Below, one piece after another: positions 27,812 to 37,415 of a stretch of DNA of 64,000 nucleotides. Every line of letters begins with the position of its first letter. Within the stretch, counting starts at the first letter, position 1. Origin of the DNA: Actinomycetota bacterium (lineage in GTDB: Bacteria; Actinomycetota; Acidimicrobiia; Actinomarinales; Actinomarinaceae); the NCBI GenBank assembly GCA_014239265.1, contig JAAZZH010000002.1, positions 49,554 through 113,553 on the forward strand, written 5' to 3'. Below the pieces are notes generated by a model, which worked only from the letters and a program-made list of their open reading frames with translations, did no database searches and had not been told where the DNA came from. Made by a program: the position numbers and the translations under genes.

Positions 27812-27835
27812 AATCTAAGTATAATTACTTAGATT
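27812..27835. promoter_or_regulatory. Inverted repeat AATCTAAGT-N6-ACTTAGATT, candidate HspR operator (HAIR-like) overlapping a -10-like hexamer
   Basis: Perfect 9-bp arms read directly from the sequence, centred about 48 nt upstream of ATG 27775. On the coding (minus) strand the spacer region reads ..AATTATACTT.., containing TATACT. Resembles but does not match the Streptomyces HAIR (CTTGAGT-N7-ACTCAAG). Confidence 0.45.
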
Positions 27836-27938
27836 TATATAAAATATAATATAGTTAGAAAATTATGCAAACTTTTCAATAATTTTTTCTATAAATCATA
27901 GTGATATACATTCTTTTTAATAGTGATAATATTAAATA

Positions 27939-28718
27939 ATGGTTAATTTGGATATTCATATTGTTGGTGTTGGCAACCTTGGTTCATCATTATCAAACGG
28001 TTTAAATAACCTTAAAGATGATTTGAACATATACCTTTATGATCAAAATCCTGAGTCTTCGCCCTTAAAAAATTCTCATATTATGAATGAAATTAGTGAT
28101 ATCAAAGAAGGTGTTTTAGTTCTCTGTATAAAGCCTAAAGATATAAAACAGTTTATTAAATTAAATTCCCATAAAATTTCGGAAAATGTTCTTATTTGCA
28201 CGGTCTTAGCAGGTGTCGAAATAACTTACTTCCAAAGATACTTTAACAATAAAATAATTCGGTTAATGCCAAATTTATCAATTAAGGCAAACAATGGTTT
28301 TATTCCATTTACCAAAAATTATCAAGAAGACTATTTATCATTTCTTGAAGTTCTGGGGGGCCTTGGGACTATTGCAGAATATGATGAAAGTCTTTTTCAC
28401 ATAATAACCTCGGTTTTTGGAAGTGGTCCAGCTTGGTATTTGGAATTGTCATCAAAAATAGTTCAGGCAGCAGAGCTCTTAGGTTTAGATAAATCAGAAG
28501 CAAATAAAATAATTAAAGAGTTAGTTAAATCACTACCATCATTTATTTCTGATGATGAATTTAGTTCAACTGTAGATAAAATAAAATCACCTAACGGAAC
28601 TACTGAAGCCGGACTGAATTCGCTTGTTAACGATTCTTTTGATAAAATTATTTACAATGCAATTGAGTCTGCCACAAATAAATCACAACAAATTTCAAAT
28701 GAAATAAACAATGATTAA
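27939..28718 (+). CDS. proC: Pyrroline-5-carboxylate reductase
   Basis: 259 aa. N-terminal Rossmann motif IVGVGNLGSSL and C-terminal SPNGTTEAGL signature. Confidence 0.8.
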   Translation: MVNLDIHIVGVGNLGSSLSNGLNNLKDDLNIYLYDQNPESSPLKNSHIMNEISDIKEGVLVLCIKPKDIKQFIKLNSHKISENVLICTVLAGVEITYFQRYFNNKIIRLMPNLSIKANNGFIPFTKNYQEDYLSFLEVLGGLGTIAEYDESLFHIITSVFGSGPAWYLELSSKIVQAAELLGLDKSEANKIIKELVKSLPSFISDDEFSSTVDKIKSPNGTTEAGLNSLVNDSFDKIIYNAIESATNKSQQISNEINND

Positions 28719-30870
28719 TCAAAAAAAGCCAAAGCAAGTTAACGATTATGTCCTTTTATTTTCTGCTGGAAGTGCTGTTGGCACCTTATTTCTTTGGGCT
28801 GCAAGCTATATATTCCCAGAAGGAGATATTGTTGAAGGCAGAAGAGTATTTGAGAATATACCTAAATATTTACAATATGCTTTTTATCTATTAAGTGCAT
28901 CATCCGTATTTATAAGTGGATATCTTTTTTCATTAAGAGCAAAAAACTGGGCTCGTGGCACAAGTGAAAAAAGAAAGACTACTCTTGTATCTAAACTGAA
29001 GAACTTCTTTGATGGAATTCTTATGCGAACTGTTCTGAGATTCCGCGCAGCAGGATTAATGCACTCAATGATCTATGTTGGCTTTTTGGGTTTATTTGCA
29101 GGTACTATTACATTAGAGATTCATCATTTATTGCCACCATCTATGAAGTTTCTACAGGGCACAACTTATTTTGTGTATTCTTTTTCACTAGAAATAGCAT
29201 CTCTAATATATCTAGCTGGAATTGGTTGGGCTTTACTCAGAAGAATTTTTGGAACTGAATTCAGAATTAAAACTAAAACAAAAATGGATGATTTTTTGAC
29301 GCTTGGACTTCTAGGTTTTATGGGTCTTTCTGGATTAACGACTGAAGCTGGAAGAATAATTGTTGAGGGCTTTCCTGAGTATGAAAAATGGAGCTTTGTT
29401 GGATATTTCATAGCTGATATTTTACCAATTGAAAATGGTGTTCTCTTTCACAGAATATCTTGGATACTCCATGTTATTTCATTTTTTGTCTTTTTAATCG
29501 TACTACCTCAATCAAAGCTTAGACATATCATTACCTCTCCTGTAAATATGTTTCTTAGTCCAAAAGATAGACCCAAAGGAGCAATGAAAGACATAGGAAA
29601 TCTTCTCGAGGCAGAAGATATAGATACAGTTGGTGTAGAAGTTGTTGAAAACTTCTCATGGAAGCAACTTGTTGATCTTGATGCTTGCACTGTCTGTGGA
29701 AGATGTACATCTGTTTGCCCAGCTAACTTAACAGGAAAGCCTCTAGATCCTAGAGAAATTATTCTTAAAGTTGGACAAGTCATGTCTGAATCTGGCTCTC
29801 CAGCTGTTCCAGCAACAGTGTCAACACCTATTGATTTACAGGTTAAGACTTCAAATGTATTTGAAAGAATTACATCTGAAGAACTCTGGGCTTGTACGTC
29901 ATGTCGTGCTTGTGACGAAGTTTGTCCTGTAAACATTGAAATCTTGGACAAAATACTTGATATGAGAAGACATCTTGCACTAATGGCTTCAGATTTTCCA
30001 TCAGAACTTGGAAAGGCTTATGTAGCAATGGAAAATTCATCTAATCCATGGGGTGCATCTCAAAATGACAGAATGAAATGGTCTGAGGGTTTAGAATTTG
30101 AAGTTCCAATGCTGGGAGAAGAAAACAAAGAAGAAGTCGAGTACTTGTATTGGGTCGGTTGCGCAGGAGCATTTGATGACAGAAATGTTCCAGTCACAAA
30201 AGCAGTTGCAACCTTGTTGAAACGAGCAGGTGTTTCCTATGCAGTCTTAGGTCCAAAAGAAGTGTGTACTGGGGATTCAGCTAGAAGAACTGGAAATGAA
30301 TTTGTATTTCAGCAATTAGCTATTCAAAATATTGAGAATATGAATAATCTAAATGTTAAAAAAGTTATTACACAATGCCCACATTGTTTTAATACTATTG
30401 CTAATGAGTATCCTCAGCTCGGTGGTAACTTTGAAGTTATCCATCACAGTCAATTATTAACAGAACTCGTCCAGTCAGGAAAAATTGATGTTGGTACAAG
30501 TGAAGACCCTTATGTAATTACCTATCATGACTCTTGTTATCTGGGAAGACATAATGACATATACACTGCACCTAGGGAGATACTTGGAGCAATAGGAGGT
30601 ATAGAAGTTCGTGAAATGAAACGTCAGGGTACTAATAGTTTCTGTTGTGGAGCTGGTGGAGGAAGAATGTGGATGGAGGAGTCTACAGGAAAAAAAGTTA
30701 ATATTGAGAGATCTGAAGAAGCCATAGAAACAGGAGCCGACGAAGTCGCTGTAGCTTGTCCATTTTGTTATATCATGATGGACGATGGAGTCAAAGAACT
30801 TGGTAGAGGCGAATCTATAAAAGTAAGAGACGTTTCCTTAATACTCTTAGATAATCTTAAAAAAGATTAA
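28711..30870 (+). CDS. Membrane-bound Fe-S oxidoreductase (NarI-like membrane domain + 2x[4Fe-4S] + two CCG domains; HdrD/GlpC-like, Rv0338c-type)
   Basis: Ferredoxin motifs CTVCGRCTSVCP and CTSCRACDEVCP. CCG-domain motifs (YWVGCAG, FCCGAGGG). N-terminal polytopic region. 8-nt overlap with proC. Confidence 0.8.
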   Translation: MINQKKPKQVNDYVLLFSAGSAVGTLFLWAASYIFPEGDIVEGRRVFENIPKYLQYAFYLLSASSVFISGYLFSLRAKNWARGTSEKRKTTLVSKLKNFFDGILMRTVLRFRAAGLMHSMIYVGFLGLFAGTITLEIHHLLPPSMKFLQGTTYFVYSFSLEIASLIYLAGIGWALLRRIFGTEFRIKTKTKMDDFLTLGLLGFMGLSGLTTEAGRIIVEGFPEYEKWSFVGYFIADILPIENGVLFHRISWILHVISFFVFLIVLPQSKLRHIITSPVNMFLSPKDRPKGAMKDIGNLLEAEDIDTVGVEVVENFSWKQLVDLDACTVCGRCTSVCPANLTGKPLDPREIILKVGQVMSESGSPAVPATVSTPIDLQVKTSNVFERITSEELWACTSCRACDEVCPVNIEILDKILDMRRHLALMASDFPSELGKAYVAMENSSNPWGASQNDRMKWSEGLEFEVPMLGEENKEEVEYLYWVGCAGAFDDRNVPVTKAVATLLKRAGVSYAVLGPKEVCTGDSARRTGNEFVFQQLAIQNIENMNNLNVKKVITQCPHCFNTIANEYPQLGGNFEVIHHSQLLTELVQSGKIDVGTSEDPYVITYHDSCYLGRHNDIYTAPREILGAIGGIEVREMKRQGTNSFCCGAGGGRMWMEESTGKKVNIERSEEAIETGADEVAVACPFCYIMMDDGVKELGRGESIKVRDVSLILLDNLKKD

Positions 30871-31184
30871 GTATTATCCCCCATAAAGAAAACTTTCAAA
30901 TCTCCATTGGCTTTATTGATACTATAAATCACATAAAGAGCAGTTGTGAAATTCCCCAATACGATTAATCCAATAATCCAAAAAAATGTTTTTAACACAG
31001 TTTCTTTATAGGCAATCCATAAACCAAAAAGTGTAAATCCTGCATAGAGATCTACCAGAGACACGACCCCCCAGGGAAGTTGAGGAATAGGGGAATCAAG
31101 TAATGATACTTGAGTTTGTGCCCAATAAATAACGATTGCCATTGCTACTGCAATACAATATGAAATTAACTTTGCTATAGTCAT
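30867..31184 (-). CDS. Small integral membrane protein, function unknown
   Basis: 105 aa with about 3 predicted hydrophobic helices. Its stop overlaps the convergent Fe-S oxidoreductase stop by 4 nt. No family recognised with confidence. Confidence 0.4.
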   Translation of the reverse strand: MTIAKLISYCIAVAMAIVIYWAQTQVSLLDSPIPQLPWGVVSLVDLYAGFTLFGLWIAYKETVLKTFFWIIGLIVLGNFTTALYVIYSINKANGDLKVFFMGDNT

Positions 31185-31214
31185 ACACTGGATTCTAAGG
31201 TGTAAATAAATAAA

Positions 31215-31823
31215 ATGAGAAACAATACAATTTTTTATAAAGTGCTAAAACTTGATAAATATATTTACGGTGAGCTTGTCACTGAAAAATCATCACTTCA
31301 AAAAGGGATAGCAATTTGGCTCTCAGGATCAATAATCAGTACCTTAGCGGTAACGACCTTTCTTAAGAATCTTGTAATTTACGTGAAGGAGATTATTTCT
31401 GTATCTAGTGCAGAGCTTCCACAAGAAGCTGTTTTAGAATTTCAGACACTAATAATTGAAATTGAAGAAAGTTTTGAGTCAATAAATAATGTAAGTACAT
31501 TAATTTCAAGTCAACTCTTTGGTTTTTTTAATGTATTTATTTCAGTAGCGATAATTTATGCGGCATTGAAGTACTTCTTTAAGAAAGAACCAAATCTAAT
31601 TTTTATTGGGATTATTTATGGGTTTTCATCTGTTCCAATATTGTTAAACATACCAATTCTGTTTTTTAATTCAATTGCGCTTCAGGGAATAGTTTTACTT
31701 GTAACAAGTATATTTTCATTAGTATGCTTGGGTTCAGGGTTAAAACAGGTTTATATGTTAAGAAATATTGAAGCGATTTTATTAATTCTTTTTTCAGGAT
31801 TTTCTAGTCTGGTTGTTTTATGA
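31215..31823 (+). CDS. Integral membrane protein (Yip1-like topology), function unknown
   Basis: 202 aa. Soluble N-terminus followed by about 5 hydrophobic helices. ATGA overlap with the downstream MobA-like gene. Confidence 0.4.
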   Translation: MRNNTIFYKVLKLDKYIYGELVTEKSSLQKGIAIWLSGSIISTLAVTTFLKNLVIYVKEIISVSSAELPQEAVLEFQTLIIEIEESFESINNVSTLISSQLFGFFNVFISVAIIYAALKYFFKKEPNLIFIGIIYGFSSVPILLNIPILFFNSIALQGIVLLVTSIFSLVCLGSGLKQVYMLRNIEAILLILFSGFSSLVVL

Positions 31824-32416
31824 ATGCTGCAATAATATTGGCTGCTGGTGAATCATTAAGAATGGGGTTTCCTAAACAACTTGCTGAGTACAAGGGAAGT
31901 ACAATTCTTGAAACAACAATCAAAACAGTTTCGACCTACTTTGAAGATGCTGTTGTAGTTCTCGGCTACGACAGTGAGACAATAATTGAAAAGGTTGATT
32001 TTAAATCATCAGCGATACTAATAAATGAGAACTGGGACGAGGGAATAATTTCTTCGATCAGAACAGGTTTACATCACTTGAATCAAAATAAAAATTTTGA
32101 GAATGTTTTCATCTTTCTCGGAGATCAACCGTCTGTGGATGGTAAGGTAATTCAAAGACTTCTAAATACAAAGCATGATTTTGACGAGGTAATGATTCCA
32201 AAGTATAGGTACAAGTATGGCTATCCAGTAGTTGTACCAAAATATTTCTGGAATAAACTTGAACTAATTACCCAAGATAATTCTTCTGATGAGATTGATT
32301 CTGTTTTTGGAGAGTTTGATCTAATTAATTTTTTTGAATCCTCAGAATTCAAAACTAAAAGTATAAACTTCAATTTCTTAAGACCTACGGATTTCGATGA
32401 ACAGAAAGATTTTTAG
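31820..32416 (+). CDS. MobA/MocA-like nucleotidyltransferase (NTP_transf_3 family)
   Basis: N-terminal AAIILAAGESLRMGFPKQL motif typical of molybdenum-cofactor nucleotidyltransferase-like proteins. 198 aa. Confidence 0.65.
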   Translation: MNAAIILAAGESLRMGFPKQLAEYKGSTILETTIKTVSTYFEDAVVVLGYDSETIIEKVDFKSSAILINENWDEGIISSIRTGLHHLNQNKNFENVFIFLGDQPSVDGKVIQRLLNTKHDFDEVMIPKYRYKYGYPVVVPKYFWNKLELITQDNSSDEIDSVFGEFDLINFFESSEFKTKSINFNFLRPTDFDEQKDF

Positions 32417-32477
32417 AGTGGGAAAAACTCTTCAAATTTTTACTTAATTTATATTAATTTTTTTGTAAAATCTAATA

Positions 32478-32882
32478 ATGACTTCAATAGATTCTATAAA
32501 TGGAATGACACACACCGAGGCTACCAAGCTAAGGAGAGCCAGGGTTCGAACAACAGTAACTTTTTTACAAATAGCGTCAACCAGGTCTGGAAGAGCCCTA
32601 CTTACTAAGGAGACAGGCATAACATCTCCTAAACTTTTACACTGGGCTAAGAGAGCTGAGCTAATGAAAATAAATAATCTTGGACGAGACTATGCCGACC
32701 TCTTAGAGGCATCCGGTGTTGAGAGTATTGCTGAACTAAAAAGAAGAAATCCAGAATCTCTTCATGAAACACTTGATCTAATCAATAAAAAGAAAAAAAT
32801 AGTTGATCGGATGCCATCAATTAAACGAGTTTCAAAATGGATTGAAGAGTCGAAAGATATAAAAATTACAGTATCTTCTTAG
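32478..32882 (+). CDS. DUF4332 domain protein (helix-hairpin-helix-like)
   Basis: 134 aa. DYADLLEASGVESIAELKRRNPESLHETL resembles the DUF4332 core. Confidence 0.6.
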   Translation: MTSIDSINGMTHTEATKLRRARVRTTVTFLQIASTRSGRALLTKETGITSPKLLHWAKRAELMKINNLGRDYADLLEASGVESIAELKRRNPESLHETLDLINKKKKIVDRMPSIKRVSKWIEESKDIKITVSS

Positions 32883-32907
32883 TTAATCAACAATCTATCA
32901 TTGTATT

Positions 32908-34617
32908 GTGAATACAAAAACCATAAGATTAACCGGTGCCCAACTTTCTTTCTCTGTGGGAGCTATTCAGGAAAACAAAACCAAAATTCTAAATACTCTA
33001 GAGGAATCCGAAAAAATACAATCTGACATTGTTATTTTTCCTGAACTTTCAATAACTGGATATCCTCCGGAAGATTTACTTCTAAGAGAAAGTTTTGTGG
33101 GTAAAAACTTTGCAGTATTAGAAGAAATAGCAGAATTTTCTGGTGCAACCAGTGCAATAATTGGTTTTGTTGATAGAAGTTTAGATGAAAATTCTACGGA
33201 CAATTTTGAAAGAAAAATCTCAAACGCCGCAGCTATTGTTCAAAATGGAGATGTAAAAGGTATCTACCATAAGTGCTTTCTTCCAAATTACTCAGTTTTT
33301 GATGAAGCAAGATATTTCTCAAAAGGAAGTAAACCAGCAGATTTATTTTGGTATGACGATGTAGCTATTGGAATTAATATTTGTGAAGATATTTGGATTG
33401 ATAATGGCCCAGCGGACCTTCAAGTTAATGCTGGTGCATCAATAATTGTCAATATTAATGCTTCACCATTCGATATTAATAAATCTAATTCACGAAGAAA
33501 ACAAGTCGCAGAAAAAGCCAAGAAGTTAAATGTTCCAATAATATACTTAAATATGGTTGGAGGACAAGATGAACTTGTTTTTGATGGCGGTTCTTTTGTT
33601 GTAAATGCATCAGGTGAAATCATTTATCAAGCGAGTCAATTTCAGGAAGAAGTGTTTTCATTCGATCTAGAAGTACAGGTGAAAGATATAATTTCTGATT
33701 CAAAACTTACTTTGAACACAAAAAAAGATTCTATTCCAGAATTACAGTCTCATAAAACTTTTAATGAACTTGAGTCAATGTATGAGGCTCTTAAATTAGG
33801 TGTTGCTGATTATGTACAAAAAAATAACTTTCAAAAAGTTCTAGTTGGGCTTTCAGGAGGAATAGACTCGGCCCTTACAGCTACAATTGCGGTCGACGCA
33901 CTGAGTTCAGAAAATGTTATAGGAATAGCAATGCCTTCAAAATATAATCCAGACAGCTCACTTGAGGATGCAAAAAATCTGGCTACAAACTTGGGTATAG
34001 AATTTAAAATTATTGAAATTGAGGATACTGTAGAAACACTAAGAACTCTTTTAAAAACTACACTTGAGGAACCACTTGCTGGTGTTACCGATGAAAACAT
34101 TCAATCAAGGATAAGGGGAAATATAATTATGGGTCTCTCAAATCAACTAGGGGCAATGGTATTATCAACTGGGAATAAATCTGAGATGGCTGTTGGGTAT
34201 TCCACATTGTATGGTGACCTAGCAGGAGGATTTGCACTACTTAAAGATGTATATAAAACTGAAGTATATAAACTTTCCGAATTTCGAAATGAAGAATCAA
34301 TCGTAATTCCACTAAATTCTATTAGTAAAGAACCCAGCGCAGAACTAAGCGACAATCAATTTGATTCCGACTCCCTTCCTGACTATGAATTACTGGACAA
34401 AATATTAAAAATGTATATTGAATCTGACTTTTCTTCTGAAAAAATAATCGCTTCAGGAATTGAAAGCAACATTGTATATGACGTGTTAGAAAAAGTTGAC
34501 AAAAATGAATATAAAAGGAAACAAGTTGCACCTGGAGTAAAATTAACAGAAAGAGCTTTTGGCAAAGATAGAAGAATGCCAATTACTAATACGTATATAA
34601 GAGAAAGATATTTATAA
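32908..34617 (+). CDS. nadE: Glutamine-dependent NAD+ synthetase
   Basis: N-terminal CN-hydrolase domain with intact Glu/Lys/Cys motifs (VIFPELS, YHKCFLPNYSVFDE, NICEDIW). C-terminal PP-loop GLSGGIDSAL. Confidence 0.9.
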   Translation: MNTKTIRLTGAQLSFSVGAIQENKTKILNTLEESEKIQSDIVIFPELSITGYPPEDLLLRESFVGKNFAVLEEIAEFSGATSAIIGFVDRSLDENSTDNFERKISNAAAIVQNGDVKGIYHKCFLPNYSVFDEARYFSKGSKPADLFWYDDVAIGINICEDIWIDNGPADLQVNAGASIIVNINASPFDINKSNSRRKQVAEKAKKLNVPIIYLNMVGGQDELVFDGGSFVVNASGEIIYQASQFQEEVFSFDLEVQVKDIISDSKLTLNTKKDSIPELQSHKTFNELESMYEALKLGVADYVQKNNFQKVLVGLSGGIDSALTATIAVDALSSENVIGIAMPSKYNPDSSLEDAKNLATNLGIEFKIIEIEDTVETLRTLLKTTLEEPLAGVTDENIQSRIRGNIIMGLSNQLGAMVLSTGNKSEMAVGYSTLYGDLAGGFALLKDVYKTEVYKLSEFRNEESIVIPLNSISKEPSAELSDNQFDSDSLPDYELLDKILKMYIESDFSSEKIIASGIESNIVYDVLEKVDKNEYKRKQVAPGVKLTERAFGKDRRMPITNTYIRERYL

Positions 34618-34620
34618 AAA

Positions 34621-35448
34621 GTGTATCTAATTAATGGTATAGAAGTTAGTAAGGATAACTTTAATACGCCAATAGAAAGCCTCTCTTTTTGGAGAGGAGA
34701 TGGTATTTTTGAAGCTATCCGTATTCATAATGGTTTTCTTTTTGCAGTAGACAGACACCTTAAACGTTTTGAAAGATCCGCTAATAAGATGTTATTCAAG
34801 AATATTGATTTTAACTCTATAAAGAAAGATCTTATAAAATTAGCCTCAAACTTTACTGAGGGTTACGTAAGGGTAATAATAAGCCGATCCGAGACTGTTG
34901 AAAGTTATGATGTCTATATGTTCCATCAAAAACCGGTAGACATTCCAGAAAACTATTCCCTACAGACACAATTAAGCCCATGGCATCCTGGGGGTGATTT
35001 TCTACTAGAGGAAAATCAGATTATTGGCACAAAGTCAACTTCCTATGCTTTGAATGTTACTCAGACACGCTTAGCTGAACAAAATGGCTTTACAGATGCC
35101 TTACTCTTAAATCGAAACAATATAATCCTTGAAGGCCCCACATTTTCTCTTGGGTGGATAAAGGATGATACAGTTTATATTCCTGATTTAGACTTAGGAA
35201 TACTTGATTCGATAACAAGACAATACATCAATCTTTTTGGAGCTAAAGGACAGTTAAACGTCATAGAAAGTCGGATAACTGCTGATGAGATTTATGAAAT
35301 GGATACAGTTTTTGTGTTATCCACAGCTAAACATGGAAAATTTGTAAATAAAATCGATGAAAAAGTGTATGAACAAAGCCCGGTATTGAAACTAATACAA
35401 GAATGTTTCATAGAAGAAATAGAAGCTGAAAAGCAAATTAGTAATTAG
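34621..35448 (+). CDS. Class IV (fold type IV) aminotransferase / aminodeoxychorismate-lyase-like
   Basis: 275 aa. RGDGIFEAIRI and HLKRFERSA motifs typical of the IlvE/PabC/Dat family. GTG start 3 nt after the nadE stop. Confidence 0.75.
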   Translation: MYLINGIEVSKDNFNTPIESLSFWRGDGIFEAIRIHNGFLFAVDRHLKRFERSANKMLFKNIDFNSIKKDLIKLASNFTEGYVRVIISRSETVESYDVYMFHQKPVDIPENYSLQTQLSPWHPGGDFLLEENQIIGTKSTSYALNVTQTRLAEQNGFTDALLLNRNNIILEGPTFSLGWIKDDTVYIPDLDLGILDSITRQYINLFGAKGQLNVIESRITADEIYEMDTVFVLSTAKHGKFVNKIDEKVYEQSPVLKLIQECFIEEIEAEKQISN

Positions 35449-35460
35449 GTGGGAGGTGTG

Positions 35461-36489
35461 ATGAGACTGACTGAGTATTCTCGTGGATCTGGTTGAGCTT
35501 GTAAACTATCACCTAGTGAGCTTGCACAAGTTTTGTCGCAATTTAAAAATCATAAAGCCTTATCTGCCAGCAGTGTATCTGTAGGTTTAAACAACCCCGA
35601 TGACGCTGGAGTCGTAAGAACTAGTGGTGAAAATCTTATCCAATCTATAGATTTCTTTACTCCAATTTTAGATAATCCTTATGACTGGGGCAGAGTAGCA
35701 GCCGCAAATGCATTATCTGACATCTATGCCATGGGTGGAGAGCCTCTGTCGGCTTTACAGTTAGTTTGTTGGCCTAGAGACCATATTAGTTTTGATATTC
35801 TAGGAGAGGTTATTAGAGGTGGATTAGATGTCATGGAGCAAGCTAAATGCTCGGTGATAGGAGGACACAGTATTGATGATAATGAACCTAAGTACGGCTT
35901 TTCTGTAACAGGAGTAGCAAAAGAAAGAGTCTTTCTAAACAATACAATTAAAGATGGCGACAAGTTATTTTTATCTAAACCACTGGGTACTGGTGTAATA
36001 TCAACCGCAATTAAAAAAGGTAAAGCTAGCTCTGAGATAATTAATAAAGCTACAACAGTAATGACGACTTTGAACAATTCTGCTGCTGACGTTGCCCATA
36101 AATATAATGCAAATGCAGTAACTGATATTACAGGATTTGGGTTATTCGGTCATTTGAGTGAGATGTTAAAAAATACAAATCTTGGAGCAAACATTTATAG
36201 TAAAAACATCCCTGCAATTGAAGGAGTTCAAGAACTAATTCTGAACGGCTTCTTTTCATCAGGAAGCCAAAGAAACCTTGACCATGTTAAAGAATTGATA
36301 ATTGACAACGCATCAGACCAAAACCTTATAAAGCTTTGTTGTGATGCTCAGACAAGTGGGGGTTTACTTATTGCTGTACCAAAAGACCAAAATATTGACA
36401 TTGTAGAGATTAAAGAAAGTATGGGTTTGGAACTTTGGGAAATAGGTGAAATAAATACTGACTATATCGAAAAGATAAATATTATTTAG
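35461..36489 (+). CDS. selD: Selenide, water dikinase (selenophosphate synthetase), itself a selenoprotein (Sec at TGA 35494-35496)
   Basis: GGAGG 35452-35456 then ATG 35461: MRLTEYSRGSG-U-ACKLSPSELAQVL..., in frame with the 318-aa ORF the track starts at TTG 35533. The TGA falls at the catalytic Cys/Sec of the N-terminal G(C/U)xCK loop. AIR-synthase-like body (DDAGV, DIYAMGG). Confidence 0.85.
35497..35531 (+). promoter_or_regulatory. Candidate SECIS element downstream of the selD UGA
   Basis: Lower stem GCTTGT(35497-35502)/ACAAGT(35526-35531), 6 bp including one G-U. Upper stem TCAC(35509-12)/GTGA(35516-19) with loop CTA; apex about 18 nt after the UGA. Not energy-evaluated. Confidence 0.35.
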
Positions 36490-36494
36490 TAATA

Positions 36495-37415
36495 ATGATT
36501 AAAAAATTAACAAAATATTTTGCTTTCGCTACTTTGTTGAAAAATTTAATTGGCACTAAAAAAGCTCAGACCGAGGGCTTAACTCAAATTCACCCAACAA
36601 AAATACCTGGGAGAACAGTTTTTGTGCGAGAAAAAGAATACTTTATTCGTGAATCTTACGTAGGTAACACAATCCCAATTATCTTTCTACACAGTTGGGG
36701 CTCTGACTCACTAGGAAGTTGGTTTAAAATTCTCCCTTTCTATGAAGAAAAAAATTCTTTTGTAACAATCGATATGAAAAATCACGGAAAATCTGACTCA
36801 AGTTGGAAGAGGTGGGATGTTGATGAAAACGCAGATGTAGTAATCAGCATATTAGATCAACTAGACATAGAGAAATGCAATATAGTTGGATGGTCAATGG
36901 GAAGTGCGGTAGCACTTAGCATTTCAAGGAAGAAGAGAGAGCTTGTAAATAAAATGGTTCTCATTACACCATTTAGTTGGCTCGGAGGTGCTGTATATAA
37001 AGATAAACCCCTCTTTAAATTTTTTGTAGCAACGGTGAGAATCAGAGAGAGATTATTTCCAAACATGAATCCAAAATCTAAATATTCACATTTACGTAAA
37101 ACTGGTGCATTGGGAAATGAATACACTGACTGGGCCTGGAATAATTTACATAAATCTAAAGACGACTTCATATATGAGGATGGTGGAAGATATGTTGTGC
37201 CATACGATGCAAGACCCTGGTTAAAAGAAATTGATACAGAGACATTAGTCATCACGGGTGGAAAAGATAATTTAGTGCCTGAGGAGACTTCTCAAGAAGT
37301 TATAAAAGATCTAGCAAATGTAAATGAAATAATCTTTGATAATGCAGCTCACTCAATTCCATGGACACATGACGAACAATTATTAATTGAATTAGACTCT
37401 TTTTTTAAAGAATGA
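36495..37415 (+). CDS. Alpha/beta-fold hydrolase
   Basis: 306 aa. Nucleophile elbow GWSMGS, HSWG oxyanion region, C-terminal His (AAHSIPW). Confidence 0.7.
   Translation: MIKKLTKYFAFATLLKNLIGTKKAQTEGLTQIHPTKIPGRTVFVREKEYFIRESYVGNTIPIIFLHSWGSDSLGSWFKILPFYEEKNSFVTIDMKNHGKSDSSWKRWDVDENADVVISILDQLDIEKCNIVGWSMGSAVALSISRKKRELVNKMVLITPFSWLGGAVYKDKPLFKFFVATVRIRERLFPNMNPKSKYSHLRKTGALGNEYTDWAWNNLHKSKDDFIYEDGGRYVVPYDARPWLKEIDTETLVITGGKDNLVPEETSQEVIKDLANVNEIIFDNAAHSIPWTHDEQLLIELDSFFKE

Noticed and set aside
31820-36489. MobA/MocA-like nucleotidyltransferase about 3 kb from selD as a hint of the selenium-dependent molybdenum hydroxylase trait (YqeB/YqeC-type).
   Set aside because: No molybdenum hydroxylase, yqeB or yqeC-like genes are in the window, the two genes are separated by unrelated genes (DUF4332, nadE, aminotransferase), and selD itself needs Sec decoding. 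Proximity alone is not evidence.
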